From NCBI GenBank assembly GCA_963703285.1, contig OY969807.1, forward strand, positions 1,408,001 to 1,472,000: a DNA stretch of 64,000 nt, written 5' to 3'. Source of the DNA: an uncultured Nitrososphaerota archaeon (GTDB lineage Archaea > Thermoproteota > Nitrososphaeria > Nitrososphaerales > Gagatemarchaeaceae). A program made the position numbers and the translations under genes. The notes below the pieces were generated by a model, which saw only the letters and a list, made by a program, of their open reading frames with translations, was not told where the DNA came from and did no database searches. This document shows, piece after piece, positions 9,099 through 18,780 of this stretch; the first letter of the stretch is position 1; each line of letters begins with the position of its first letter.

Positions 9099-9764
9099 TC
9101 AGATGCTCAGGGCCTTTGTTAGGAACATCAGCTCCGGGCCCGTCGTGAGGTCCCCGACGATGGCGTTCGAGGAGTTGGCGACGAGGCCCGAGGTCAGGAA
9201 CGGGATCCCCCCGTTGACGGAGGCGGGGTATGCGTCAACCTTGAAGACGCTTCCCACGTCCTCGACCTGCTTCTCCGTGAGCTTGGGATAAACCGCTGCC
9301 CCGCCGTTGGTCGCCACCATCAGCGCGCCCACCTGGACGTACTCGTCGATTGTCAGGTTCTGGACCTCCACGTCGAGGACGTCCCTCACCTGCGAGACAG
9401 CCTCGTGGTCGAGAATGGGCGAGACCATGGCCCCGTGGTCGTTCGCGGAGACCAGGTTGCCCACGGCGGTGTACTTTGATTTGAACCTCTCGACCCTGAG
9501 GCCCGTCTGGGAGGCGAGCTCCCTGACCTCGTAGTCCTCTACCAGGCGGGAGAGCACGATGCCCTTGTTGTTGAGGGCCATGAGAGGCCCGAGGAGCCTG
9601 GTACCTTCGACCGAGACGAAGACCGGCGAGACGCCCAGGTTCTCGGCGAGCATCCTGGACTTCGTCGACGCGATGCCCTTCGGCGCGAAGAGAAACCTGT
9701 CGTTTGCCCTCAGAAATATCCCTATGTTCGGGCTCCTGTAGACCTCTACCAGGTAGAGACCCAT
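9099..9764 (-). CDS. eif6: Translation initiation factor 6
   Basis: SPNIGIF, AVGNLVSANDHGA, TTGPEL. Confidence 0.95.
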   Translation of the reverse strand: MGLYLVEVYRSPNIGIFLRANDRFLFAPKGIASTKSRMLAENLGVSPVFVSVEGTRLLGPLMALNNKGIVLSRLVEDYEVRELASQTGLRVERFKSKYTAVGNLVSANDHGAMVSPILDHEAVSQVRDVLDVEVQNLTIDEYVQVGALMVATNGGAAVYPKLTEKQVEDVGSVFKVDAYPASVNGGIPFLTSGLVANSSNAIVGDLTTGPELMFLTKALSI

Positions 9765-10046
9765 CTAGGATTGCACTGCTTCAGGCGCCAGACGGACGGA
9801 GACGACCCCGTCCTCGTCGCGCTCCATCTCCAGTCTAATCCTCCTCGGGGGGCTGGTGATGCCGCGGGACCAGATCCGCTCGTTCACTCCTACCTCAATC
9901 TTGACCTCGGTTGCCTTCATGTGCTTGGTCGTGAACTCCCGGATTACTCTTATGGCAACCTTGCTCCTCCTGTACCTAGGCGCCTCGAAGACCCTGCGGA
10001 GGGGCACCATGTAGGTGCGGGTGAGCGGCTCCAGATTAGACGACAT
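9765..10046 (-). CDS. rpl31e: 50S ribosomal protein L31e
   Basis: VNERIWSRGITSPPRRIR. Confidence 0.95.
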   Translation of the reverse strand: MSSNLEPLTRTYMVPLRRVFEAPRYRRSKVAIRVIREFTTKHMKATEVKIEVGVNERIWSRGITSPPRRIRLEMERDEDGVVSVRLAPEAVQS

Positions 10047-10052
10047 TCGCTA

Positions 10053-10211
10053 TCACTTCTGCCTCAGCTTCTGTCTCCGCCAGTCCCTCTGCTTGGGATT
10101 GAACCTGACGGTCCTGTTGGTCTTGATGACGACCCAGGTCGGGACGGGCGAAGCCTGCTTCTGGGCCTTCATGAGACGGTTCTTCTTCGACTTGTCCTTC
10201 ACGCTACCCAT
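10053..10211 (-). CDS. rpl39e: 50S ribosomal protein L39e
   Basis: Manual translation MGSVKDKSKKNRLMKAQKQASPVPTWVVIKTNRTVRFNPKQRDWRRQKL (52 aa, below the ORF cutoff). Confidence 0.95.
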   Translation of the reverse strand: MGSVKDKSKKNRLMKAQKQASPVPTWVVIKTNRTVRFNPKQRDWRRQKLRQK

Positions 10212-10214
10212 GGT

Positions 10215-10499
10215 TCAAATCCTCCTGATTGTGAAATCGCGCTTCTTCGTCTGCAAGGAACCGAGAATCTCCTTCAGCTGGTCGTCGTTTATCACCGTCT
10301 TCAGCTTTCCTGTCGTGGCCATCTGGATGATGTAGTCTTCGATGGTCTGGGCGACCTGTGGCTTGACCATCTTGATGTTGGCTAGACGCTGGCGGGCTTC
10401 GGAGGTCAGCGCCATGCGCATTACGTTCTCCCGGAGGGCTCTCTTCTCCCTGTCTTCCTCCTGGTCTTTTCTTGACTGACTATCCGGCTGTTCGGACAA
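10215..10499 (-). CDS. PDCD5-like DNA-binding protein
   Basis: LTSEARQRLANIKMVKP, INDDQLKEIL. Confidence 0.93.
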   Translation of the reverse strand: MSEQPDSQSRKDQEEDREKRALRENVMRMALTSEARQRLANIKMVKPQVAQTIEDYIIQMATTGKLKTVINDDQLKEILGSLQTKKRDFTIRRI

Positions 10500-10504
10500 A
10501 TCTA

Positions 10505-10960
10505 TCACCCGTATCTTGCTAGCGCAGGAATCTCCTTCGAAAGCTCCTTAAAAACGTCTTTGCTGACCTTGTCGAGCAGGGCGACGCCCTTGGGCGTCAG
10601 GACCCGGCCCTTGTTCCCCTGCTTCGTCACCAGCTCTGCCTGCTCCATGTCCTTGAGTGCGTTCCTGATGATCGAGCCGCCGGAGTCGCGGTGGTGCTTC
10701 GGGTAGTAGGACAGCGCCTTGCTCCCTCCGTACGCGGACTCGAGCTGCTGGAGTCCGACGGGCCCCTGAAGGTAGACCTTCCGGAGCAGGGACGCGGCCC
10801 TCGTGTACCACCAGTCCGCCTGCTGGGGTGGACGTTCCGCGTGGGAGCCTGTCTTGACGAAGGCGGCCCATTGCGGGGGCTCGAGTTCGGGGACCCTCTT
10901 CAGATGCTCCGCTAGGGCTTCGATTAGTCTGTCTGCAGGCACGTCGTGGACGCGGACCAT
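10505..10960 (-). CDS. rps19e: 30S ribosomal protein S19e
   Basis: WAAFVKTG, WWYTRAASLLRK, GRVLTPKG. Confidence 0.97.
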   Translation of the reverse strand: MVRVHDVPADRLIEALAEHLKRVPELEPPQWAAFVKTGSHAERPPQQADWWYTRAASLLRKVYLQGPVGLQQLESAYGGSKALSYYPKHHRDSGGSIIRNALKDMEQAELVTKQGNKGRVLTPKGVALLDKVSKDVFKELSKEIPALARYG

Positions 10961-11003
10961 CTCTTTTCCCGGAGTGAATTCGTCAGCCCGCTCGGCTGGA
11001 TAT

Positions 11004-11310
11004 TTAAGCGTGACTTGACAATTTTTTCCGGTTGACGTAGCCGCAGTCCGCGCAGGTCACCAAGAGCATCCTCGTCCGACCGAGCCTCACCCTCGCGTTG
11101 AGGCCCGGATAGAGGAGGCCCTTGCAACCGTGGCAGAAGAACCTCTTCAACCTCCAGTCGTACCTGACGTTGAACTTGAGCATCACCCGGCGGGCGAGAG
11201 AGGCCTGCGCCTTGGCGAGCTCGAGGTCTCTGGGGGCCGTCTCGACGGCTAGCTCGAATCAGCGCGGCCGCCATCTCTGCGGCCTCTCTCTTCGCCTCCT
11301 TTCTCCTCAC
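11004..11310 (-). CDS. rnp4: RNase P protein Rpp21 with an apparent +1 frameshift near 11258
   Basis: C-terminus FCHGCKGLLYPGLNARVRL..TCADCG; the N-terminus joins in frame if ATTC is read as ATC (LIELAVETAPRDLELAKAQASLARRV). Confidence 0.85.
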
Positions 11311-11364
11311 GCCCGTGCCTCGGGCAGACAAAGAATTAATCGTAGCTGGAAGCCGTCGGGCGAG

Positions 11365-12033
11365 GTGCTCAACCTAGTCATCACCGAAGCCGCCCTCGAG
11401 CTCGTGCCCGAAGAGATACGGCGGCAGGCCTCCGTGGGGAACGACGCGAGGCGGCGGGGGCTCGACCCGTCAGAGTTGCTGCTGGACAGGAGCCTCCATC
11501 ATGCGGCGATGGCCAAGCTGAAGGAGGACTACAAGCGCGGCCGCCCGGACCTCGTCCACCTTACCCTCCTGGGCGTCACGAGTACCCCCCTGTACAGGGC
11601 CGAGGGCGTGAAGGTCTACATCCACACGCGCGACGACGTCGTCCTCGAGTTCAGGGCGGGGACTAGGCCGCCCAAGAGCTACTTCAGGTTCAGGGACCTG
11701 GTGCAGAAGGTGCTGAGAGAGAAGCCGGATTCGGGGCTCATCGCCTATCGCGAGTCCTCGATCCCTCTCCTCCTGAAGAGGATAGGCGCCGACCTCTCGG
11801 TCGGACTGTCAATCCAGGGGAAGCAAATGACGCTCGAGAACCTGGCGCAGCAGCTCGCACGGGCGAGGAACCCTGCGGTGTTGATCGGAGGCTTCCCGAA
11901 GGGGCATTTCACGGTCGAGACGACGAGGGCGCTGGACCTGGTGGCGCGCGTGCACGAGGACTCGCTCGATGCGCACGTCGTGGCCGGTCGGCTGGTCTAT
12001 GAGGTCGAGAAGCTGGTCGGGACTCAACCATAA
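11365..12033 (+). CDS. nep1: 16S rRNA pseudouridine N1-methyltransferase Nep1/Emg1
   Basis: EAALELVP, LLDRSLHH, RGRPDLVH, IGGFPKGHF. Confidence 0.93.
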   Translation: MLNLVITEAALELVPEEIRRQASVGNDARRRGLDPSELLLDRSLHHAAMAKLKEDYKRGRPDLVHLTLLGVTSTPLYRAEGVKVYIHTRDDVVLEFRAGTRPPKSYFRFRDLVQKVLREKPDSGLIAYRESSIPLLLKRIGADLSVGLSIQGKQMTLENLAQQLARARNPAVLIGGFPKGHFTVETTRALDLVARVHEDSLDAHVVAGRLVYEVEKLVGTQP

Positions 12034-12063
12034 AAAGGGGGTTTCTTCTGACCGCGGTCCAAG

Positions 12064-12185
12064 GCGGTCGTCGTCCAGATCACGAAGCGAGGACAATCTG
12101 GTCTAGGACATAAGCCCTCCATTTTTCGTCTGAATCGACGAAAAGGGGCGAGCTTGTAACCTGGGTTCGAATCCCAGCGACCGCA
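12064..12185 (+). tRNA. tRNA-Gly(TCC) with two introns (12079-12096 at 15/16; 12122-12150 at 37/38)
   Basis: Acceptor GCGGTCG/CGACCGC, T-arm CTGGG-TTCGAAT-CCCAG, BHB-like motifs at both introns. Confidence 0.85.
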
Positions 12186-12311
12186 CCTCTTCACCCTCCC
12201 GGCACCGCTCCATCAGATTCATTAATCGATAGTTATGGTCGTCAATCGATGGCCGATGGCGTCTCGCCCGTCTCCGTCCTTTGATCCGAACGAATTGACA
12301 GGCGATGAAAC

Positions 12312-13226
12312 ATGATCGCGACGGAGAGCCTGACGAAGAGGTTTGGTGACACGACGGCCGTCGATGACCTTACCCTTCGAGTGGACGAGGGAGAGGTCTT
12401 CGGGTTCCTCGGGCCGAACGGGGCGGGGAAGACAACCACGGTCCGGATGCTCGCGTGCCTCATCTCGAAGACTAGCGGGCAGGCAACCATCGGCGAATAC
12501 GACACGGGGAAGGACTCGGACCTGCAACAGATACGGAAAATCATCGGGTTCCTGCCAGAGAGCGCAGGCTTCTACGACGAGCTGAGCGCCTACAGGAACC
12601 TAGACTACTACGGGAGGCTTCACGAGTGTGCGGAGGGCCAGAGGAGGGAGCGCATCGAACACTTCCTCAAGATGCTAGGCCTCTGGGAGAAGCGGGATTC
12701 GGCGGCTGGAACCTTCTCGAAGGGGATGAAGCAGAAGCTCGCCATCGCCCGCGCCCTCATCCACGACCCCCAGGTGCTCTTTCTCGACGAGCCCACCGCG
12801 AACCTCGACCCCGAGGCCTCCAAGGCGATGCGGGACTTCATCCTCGAGCTCAAGAAGGAGAAGAGGACGATCTTCCTCAACACGCACAACCTGGACGAGG
12901 CAGAGAAGGTCTGCGACAGGGTGGGGATCCTCAAGACCCGTCTCATCGCAATCGGTGCGACGAAGCAGCTGCTCGAGTCGGTCTGGGGCAGGAAGACGGT
13001 GATTCAGGTCACGAGGGTAACCGAAGCCATCCTTACAGCCGTGAAGAGGCTCGGACCGAGGAGGGTCGAGGTGGAGGGCGACCGGCTGATCATCGACGTC
13101 GTGAACCCGGCCGAGGAGAACCCGTCGCTGGTTGAAGCGGTCGTCGCCTGTGGTGGCCGGGTCCAATCGGTCAGTGAGCTTCTCCCTTCGCTGGAGGATG
13201 TCTACATGCGGAGGGTGCGGGGCTGA
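12312..13226 (+). CDS. ABC transporter ATP-binding protein
   Basis: GPNGAGKTT, FSKGMKQK, FLDEPT. Confidence 0.95.
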   Translation: MIATESLTKRFGDTTAVDDLTLRVDEGEVFGFLGPNGAGKTTTVRMLACLISKTSGQATIGEYDTGKDSDLQQIRKIIGFLPESAGFYDELSAYRNLDYYGRLHECAEGQRRERIEHFLKMLGLWEKRDSAAGTFSKGMKQKLAIARALIHDPQVLFLDEPTANLDPEASKAMRDFILELKKEKRTIFLNTHNLDEAEKVCDRVGILKTRLIAIGATKQLLESVWGRKTVIQVTRVTEAILTAVKRLGPRRVEVEGDRLIIDVVNPAEENPSLVEAVVACGGRVQSVSELLPSLEDVYMRRVRG

Positions 13227-13233
13227 GGAGAAG

Positions 13234-13968
13234 ATGAAGCTCTCCAGAGCATGGACCGTCGCCTCGAACGACTTCGGGGTATTCGCGAGGAAGAAGTACA
13301 CGCTCTACTCTCTGATCGGGCTTCCGGTGGTGTTGTCGGTAGGTCTGCCGATAGTCGTCTGGCTCAACGTCAACAAGACCTCCGTCAGCGACTCAGAGAT
13401 TGGCATCCTGCTCAACGCCTTCTCCTTCCTCTTCGCGATTATGGCGACGCTGGTTCCGACCGTGCTCGCCTCGTACAGCTTCCTCGGCGAGAAGCTCGAG
13501 AGGAGTCTGGAGCCGCTTCTCGCGACCCCTGCGTCGGACGGGGAGCTGCTGCTGGGGAAGTACCTGGCGTCCCTACTCCCTTCGCTGGCCGTGACGTACA
13601 TCGGGGCCGGAATCTTCATGGCGCTCGTTGACGAGGTGACGTACGGGCGTCTCGGGCACCTCTACTTCCCGAACGCGACGATGGAGGCCATCCTGCTGCT
13701 GGCCGTGCCGCTGGCCTGCCTCTTCAGCGTCGAGGCCAACGTCATCATCGCCTCGCTCGTGGGAGACCTCCGCGCCGCGCAGCAGCTCGGGATCCTCGCG
13801 TCCGTCCCCTTCGGGGGTGTCTTCGTACTGGCCGAGACGAACTTCGCGTCCCTCAATCAGACCACCCTGCTGACAATCTCGGTGCTCCTTCTGGCCATCG
13901 ACGTGGTAATGCTGCAGGTGTGCAGAGTCACGTTCCGGCGGGAAGAGATAGTCACAAAGTGGAAGTGA
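13234..13968 (+). CDS. ABC-2 type permease
   Basis: Six TM segments, GEKLERSLEPLLATP. Confidence 0.9.
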   Translation: MKLSRAWTVASNDFGVFARKKYTLYSLIGLPVVLSVGLPIVVWLNVNKTSVSDSEIGILLNAFSFLFAIMATLVPTVLASYSFLGEKLERSLEPLLATPASDGELLLGKYLASLLPSLAVTYIGAGIFMALVDEVTYGRLGHLYFPNATMEAILLLAVPLACLFSVEANVIIASLVGDLRAAQQLGILASVPFGGVFVLAETNFASLNQTTLLTISVLLLAIDVVMLQVCRVTFRREEIVTKWK

Positions 13969-14050
13969 ATTCCCGGGGCGTCACACGCTACAGCAGGAGT
14001 TGCAGGTGCTGATGTTCGGAGGTCAGACCCGGATAGCGTGGCTCCGAGAC

Positions 14051-15127
14051 TCAGGCAACCGTGATCGAGGTGACTTGGAGCAGATACTGGAAGGTCGTCG
14101 TCTGGCCGTCTACAACTTCGCTGCCTGCGATGTTCTCATTGGTCACGAGGGGGGCGCTCGACCCCTGAGGAGTTCCCACGGAGAACGAGAAGGCCGTGAG
14201 CGTAGTTGGTGTGCTGCCACAGTATGTTTCTGTTTCTGGTAGATTGTTGGCTGCGTAGGTGGTGACGGACACCTTGGTCGGCCCGATTGAGACCGTAGAT
14301 GTTCCGGTTGAGTGGAAGAAGTTCGCTGCCGTGTAGGCGTTGATCAAACTGTCAGCCTGGATTTGCAGTGTGAATGCGGCGAAGGCACCGACAATCGACT
14401 CCTGAGCCTCCGAACCGGTGATGTTGTATCCGGCGACGTCAATCGCCACTGCAGTCCCGTCCTTGAGGAGCCACACGGTCTCCATGAGATTCGTGCTCCC
14501 TTCGGCGAGAGTTATCGTAACCTTGTAGGTGGTGGAGCTCACGTAGTCCGTGGCGTACGATTCGACGAAACTGTAGCTCGACGGTGAAGAGGACGAAGAC
14601 CCTGAGGTTGAGCTAGTCCCGTTAGCCTGGATCGACATCGCCGAGTAGGCGCTGAGCAGCGGTATCACGTCTTCTGTTACCGATGTGGAGGTTGAGGAGG
14701 TGGAAACGGTGGAACAAGATGTGGTAGTTGTGGTGGTAGAAGAGGTGGCCGAAGTCGTTGAGGACGATGTTGTTGATGTGGTCGACGAGGTTGTGGTCGT
14801 GCTGCTCGTTGTGGTCTTGGAGCTGGTTGTTGTCGACGTCGTGCTGGTCGTCGGAGGTGCGGTGCTCGAAGTGGTAGTGCTGCTGGTCGTGGTGGGAGGC
14901 GTAGTCGAAGTCGTGCTGGTCGTCGGGGCGGCCGTCGTCGATGTGGTGCTGCTCGTACTGGCGGGCGGTGTGCTGGACGAGGAGGTCGTCGACGGGCTCG
15001 AAGTTGGAGTCGAGGAACTCGAAGACGACAGAGCGACGTATGCGGCGACCCCGCCGATTGCAACGAGAACAATGATGATCCCCGCGATAACAATAGGAGC
15101 AACGCCGCGCTTTGGCTTTATCAGCAC
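14051..15127 (-). CDS. Ser/Thr-rich surface protein with a class III (pilin/archaellin-type) signal peptide
   Basis: KPKRG|VAPIVIAGIIIVLVAIGG N-terminus, long S/T linker, globular C-terminal domain. Confidence 0.75.
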   Translation of the reverse strand: MLIKPKRGVAPIVIAGIIIVLVAIGGVAAYVALSSSSSSTPTSSPSTTSSSSTPPASTSSTTSTTAAPTTSTTSTTPPTTTSSTTTSSTAPPTTSTTSTTTSSKTTTSSTTTTSSTTSTTSSSTTSATSSTTTTTTSCSTVSTSSTSTSVTEDVIPLLSAYSAMSIQANGTSSTSGSSSSSPSSYSFVESYATDYVSSTTYKVTITLAEGSTNLMETVWLLKDGTAVAIDVAGYNITGSEAQESIVGAFAAFTLQIQADSLINAYTAANFFHSTGTSTVSIGPTKVSVTTYAANNLPETETYCGSTPTTLTAFSFSVGTPQGSSAPLVTNENIAGSEVVDGQTTTFQYLLQVTSITVA

Positions 15128-15370
15128 GACATATGGTTTATAACATAAGTATTTAATTTCGTCGGAAGAATCTTGCTCTCTTATCCGGGACGACGCAACT
15201 CTAGTCGGAAACAAATCGCTGGGCGATAAGCGCCTGCCTCGGCCCGTCTACCTACGACGGGAGATTCATGGAAGACTTGCAGGAAAGAGGCTGTGATTGT
15301 GGGACCGTTGCAACTCCAGAATCGCGGTCTACGCAAATCCTGAACAACCGAATCGCATCTCAGGCGAGGG

Positions 15371-15997
15371 CTATTCGTTCGGGCCGAGACCTGCGATTCT
15401 GGAGCTGAGAGACGTCTTGACGCTCTCCCTCCATTCTTCGTCGGTGATCGAGTACATCATGCTGTCTCCCGGGGTCCCATCCTGGCGGATCCGGTGGTTT
15501 CGCAGCCTTCCCTCGAACTTGGCGCCGAGCTTGAGGATGGCCCTCTGCGAGTGCACGTTGTTGCTGTCTGTCTTCAGCTGCACCCTCACGGCGTTCCAGT
15601 CCTCGAACGCGTGTCTCAAGAGCAGGAACTTGCATTCAGGGTTAACGACCGTCCCCCACACCCTCGAGTCGTACCACGTTCCTCCGATTTCGACTCCCCG
15701 CTGTACGGGACGGGCGTCCATGTATCGCGTGCTGCCGAGGACGCTTTGGTCGTCCTTGCTGAAGACGGTGAAAGGATACTCGGTCCCCCGTTCCTGGGCC
15801 TTGAGGGCGAGGTCGATCCACTCCCCCATGCGCTCCTGAGTCCTAGCGTCCATGGACATCCAGGTCCAGTCCGATTCCCGCGCGGCCGCCAGCAGCCGGT
15901 CTGCATGGGAGGGACTGAGAGGCTCCAGACGGACGTGCTTCCCCTCGAGGACGCATGGACCCAAGGCGAGCGGCAATGTGGCCCTCGGGGCAGGCAT
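15371..15997 (-). CDS. GNAT (RimJ/RimL-like) acetyltransferase
   Basis: VRLEPL, VEIGGTW, NVHSQRAILKLGAKFEGRLR. Confidence 0.9.
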   Translation of the reverse strand: MPAPRATLPLALGPCVLEGKHVRLEPLSPSHADRLLAAARESDWTWMSMDARTQERMGEWIDLALKAQERGTEYPFTVFSKDDQSVLGSTRYMDARPVQRGVEIGGTWYDSRVWGTVVNPECKFLLLRHAFEDWNAVRVQLKTDSNNVHSQRAILKLGAKFEGRLRNHRIRQDGTPGDSMMYSITDEEWRESVKTSLSSRIAGLGPNE

Positions 15998-16041
15998 GGC
16001 TTTGATAAATCTGTGGAGAGAGCTATCCTTGGGACGACGAG

Positions 16042-16416
16042 TCAATCCTTCTTCTCTATGAGCTCCAGCCAGATCCCGTTGGGGTCCTTGACGAAGGCGA
16101 TCCGGCTCGAACCCAGCGAGTACGGCTCCCGGGCGATCTCGACCCCCTTCTTGCGCATGGCTTCGACGGCCTCGCCGACGTCCTTGACCCCGAACGCGAT
16201 GTGATCCAGCTGGTCCCCTTCCGCATAGTCCTTCTTGTCCTTCCACCAAGTGAGCTCTATCCTGTGGTTCGTGCCCGCAATCTCGAGAAACGCTATCTCA
16301 GCGTTGTTCTGCCTGATTTCCCTGCGGCTCGCCAGGGTCATCCCGAGCTTCTCTGTGTAGAACGATATGCTCTCGTCCATGTCCTTGACCGTGATCGACG
16401 TGTGGAGGAGCTGCAT
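16042..16416 (-). CDS. VOC family / lactoylglutathione lyase-like protein
   Basis: HTSITV, IELTW, DHIAFGV, DPNGIWLELIE. Confidence 0.9.
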   Translation of the reverse strand: MQLLHTSITVKDMDESISFYTEKLGMTLASRREIRQNNAEIAFLEIAGTNHRIELTWWKDKKDYAEGDQLDHIAFGVKDVGEAVEAMRKKGVEIAREPYSLGSSRIAFVKDPNGIWLELIEKKD

Positions 16417-16554
16417 GGGGAGGAGTCCCCGCCTTGCCTCGTATAAATCCGACGGGCGGGAAGGTGTAGAGCGTCGCGCGTCCGCAAACCGGCTTCCGGA
16501 GTCGATCAGCCTGTGGCGCTTGCTAAATAGCTACCTCGCGGGACGGAGGAGCCC

Positions 16555-17724
16555 GTGAGAAACCGATATGCCGCCCTCCTAGCGGTCTCTCTCCCGTCAT
16601 TCGTGTACGGCCTTTTCAGGTTCTCGATAGGCATCGTCGTCCCTAGGATAGAGACAGCCTACGCCATCGGCGACTCTGTCATGGGCGCCATCGTCTCGGT
16701 CTCCGTGGGTGTGGTCGGGCTGGGAGTCTTCGCTTCAGGTACCTTCTCCGGCAGATTTGGAAACAAGAACACCATAGTCATCGGTCTGCTCCTCTTCTCG
16801 TTCCCCCTGGCCGCTATGGTGGCAGGCCCGGGTCTCGTCGCGTTCTCTGGCCTCTTCATGCTCGCCTCGTTCGGCTCCGGTCTGGTCATCCCGACCAGCT
16901 ACGCAGTCGTCTCCTCGTTGCTCCCCCTCAGGAGGGGGATGGGGGCCGGGCTAGTGACCTCTGCCTACAACGTGGGCGGCCTCGTAGGACCGGCCGTGGT
17001 CGGCTTCCTGCTCCTCTACCATGACTGGAACACATCCTTTCTCGTGATACCCGCGGCTGGCCTCGTAACCGTCGTCGTCTTCTCGGCCGCGATACCGCGC
17101 TCGGCAGGCTACGCCCCGGTCGGTCCTCCGGGGCAGTATAGGAGACTGTTGCGGAACAGGTCGGTGCTCGTCCTCGCGATCGGCGGCTTCATCGCCGACG
17201 CGGCCTTCCTGTCTTACCTCTCCTGGACGCCGAAGTTCCTGCTCACGTCCTTCGACGTGTCTGGCGCGACGACAGCTCTTGTCGACCTCCTCTTCGGAGT
17301 GGGGGTCGGCTTCGGCGCAATCGGTATCTTCGCCGCCGGGTACCTCTACGACAGGATCGGAGGGAAGGTCAGCGCGGTGATGGGAGGTATGGCGGCGACG
17401 GCAGCGACGGCGGGCATCTACATCTCTGATTCGCTTCTGATGGCCATCGTGCTTGTCATCGCGGGGAGCTTCTTTCTCAACTGGTTCTGGACGCTGCTCA
17501 CGGTCATGTCGCAGTCTAGCGTCTCCACTGAGGACCGTTCGTCCTCGACGAGTCTCGTCCAGACGGCGGCGTTCATGGGTGCCTTCGTTGGACCGGGGCT
17601 GGCGGGTCTGCTGGGCGGCGCCGATACCGTCGCGCTCCTCATCGCCGTGTCCGTGCCGAACGGGCTTTTCGTGCTGGTCATGGCGTTCCTCTATAGGGAG
17701 AGGCCCTTCGAGGCCAAGGCGTAA
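16555..17724 (+). CDS. MFS transporter
   Basis: About 12 TM segments, GYLYDRIG motif. Confidence 0.9.
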   Translation: MRNRYAALLAVSLPSFVYGLFRFSIGIVVPRIETAYAIGDSVMGAIVSVSVGVVGLGVFASGTFSGRFGNKNTIVIGLLLFSFPLAAMVAGPGLVAFSGLFMLASFGSGLVIPTSYAVVSSLLPLRRGMGAGLVTSAYNVGGLVGPAVVGFLLLYHDWNTSFLVIPAAGLVTVVVFSAAIPRSAGYAPVGPPGQYRRLLRNRSVLVLAIGGFIADAAFLSYLSWTPKFLLTSFDVSGATTALVDLLFGVGVGFGAIGIFAAGYLYDRIGGKVSAVMGGMAATAATAGIYISDSLLMAIVLVIAGSFFLNWFWTLLTVMSQSSVSTEDRSSSTSLVQTAAFMGAFVGPGLAGLLGGADTVALLIAVSVPNGLFVLVMAFLYRERPFEAKA

Positions 17725-18657
17725 TCAGCGCGGGAAGATGTCCCTGGGAATCATCGTCCCGACCACCCAGTTTGGCGCATCGACGATTTCGTGGACCCTG
17801 ACGTCAGCCGCGACGCTGCAGAGGACGTAAGCCTCCTCAGGCGTGAGGTCATAGGCCCTTGTCAGGTAGTTCAGCATGTTCCTGACCGAATCCTTCGTTG
17901 CCCTCATAAGGTCGGGCCCGATGCCGGTGGCTCCGACGTACCCTCTCGCGGCCTTCTCGTCACCCTTCGTGAAGAACCTTGGGTAGCTCGCTGCCGCACC
18001 CTTCTCCAGGCTCAGCTTGAGGGTCGCAGACCCTGCGCACTCGATGGCCGTACCGCACACCTCGGCGTCACCCATCGCGGCGTGGACGTCCCCGGCTGAG
18101 AAGAGTGCGCCGTCCACCCAGACGGGGATCTCGACCCGGCTTCCGGCCGTGAGGTGCCTGATGTCCATGTTGCCGCCGTGCCGTCCGGGTGGGCCGACCT
18201 CCATCTTTCCCCTGGACTTTGGCGCGACGCCCAGGACACCGCAGAAGGGGTTGAGGGGAATCCTGATCCCGTTCTCGAACGTGGCGAAGCTCTTGTCCCT
18301 AAGGTCCCACTTGTAGAGGAAGGGCTTCCTGAACTCCTCCTGCAGGAGACCGAAACCCGGAAGGATGAACGACCAGCCGAAGTCGGCTACCTTGACTTCG
18401 ACGACCTCCACGCGGAGGGCGTCGCCGAGTTTCGCGCCGCGGACCAAGACGGGCCCCGCCAGGGGGTAAACCTTGGACCAGTTCACTTTCACAACGTCGG
18501 CGTGCCTAGAGTCCTTGGTCAACTGCCAGCTCGCCACGTCGTTTATCTCGAACGTCACCGTGTCGCCGTCGTTCACCGTGAGCGCGGGCCTGTGAGACCG
18601 GGACCACTTGTAGTGGAAGGTCTTCAGGGGGACGCGGTGGTGCTGGGTCAGTGCCAT
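17725..18657 (-). CDS. Acetamidase/formamidase family protein
   Basis: PLAGPV, HGGNMD, GDVHAAMGDAEVCGTAIE. Confidence 0.93.
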   Translation of the reverse strand: MALTQHHRVPLKTFHYKWSRSHRPALTVNDGDTVTFEINDVASWQLTKDSRHADVVKVNWSKVYPLAGPVLVRGAKLGDALRVEVVEVKVADFGWSFILPGFGLLQEEFRKPFLYKWDLRDKSFATFENGIRIPLNPFCGVLGVAPKSRGKMEVGPPGRHGGNMDIRHLTAGSRVEIPVWVDGALFSAGDVHAAMGDAEVCGTAIECAGSATLKLSLEKGAAASYPRFFTKGDEKAARGYVGATGIGPDLMRATKDSVRNMLNYLTRAYDLTPEEAYVLCSVAADVRVHEIVDAPNWVVGTMIPRDIFPR

Positions 18658-18780
18658 CGCCCGGTTCCGTCGAGTCCCAGGGGCTGCAACAAGTCGGGCC
18701 GAGTAGGCGCGCGAAACCTCTTAAGGCTTCTTGGGGCGAAGAAATTCTTAAGTGCGGTGGCCCGGAGCCGGCCCCGAGGT

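Noticed and set aside
14685-15143. Val/Glu-rich ORF on +
   Set aside because: Reverse complement of the Ser/Thr linker
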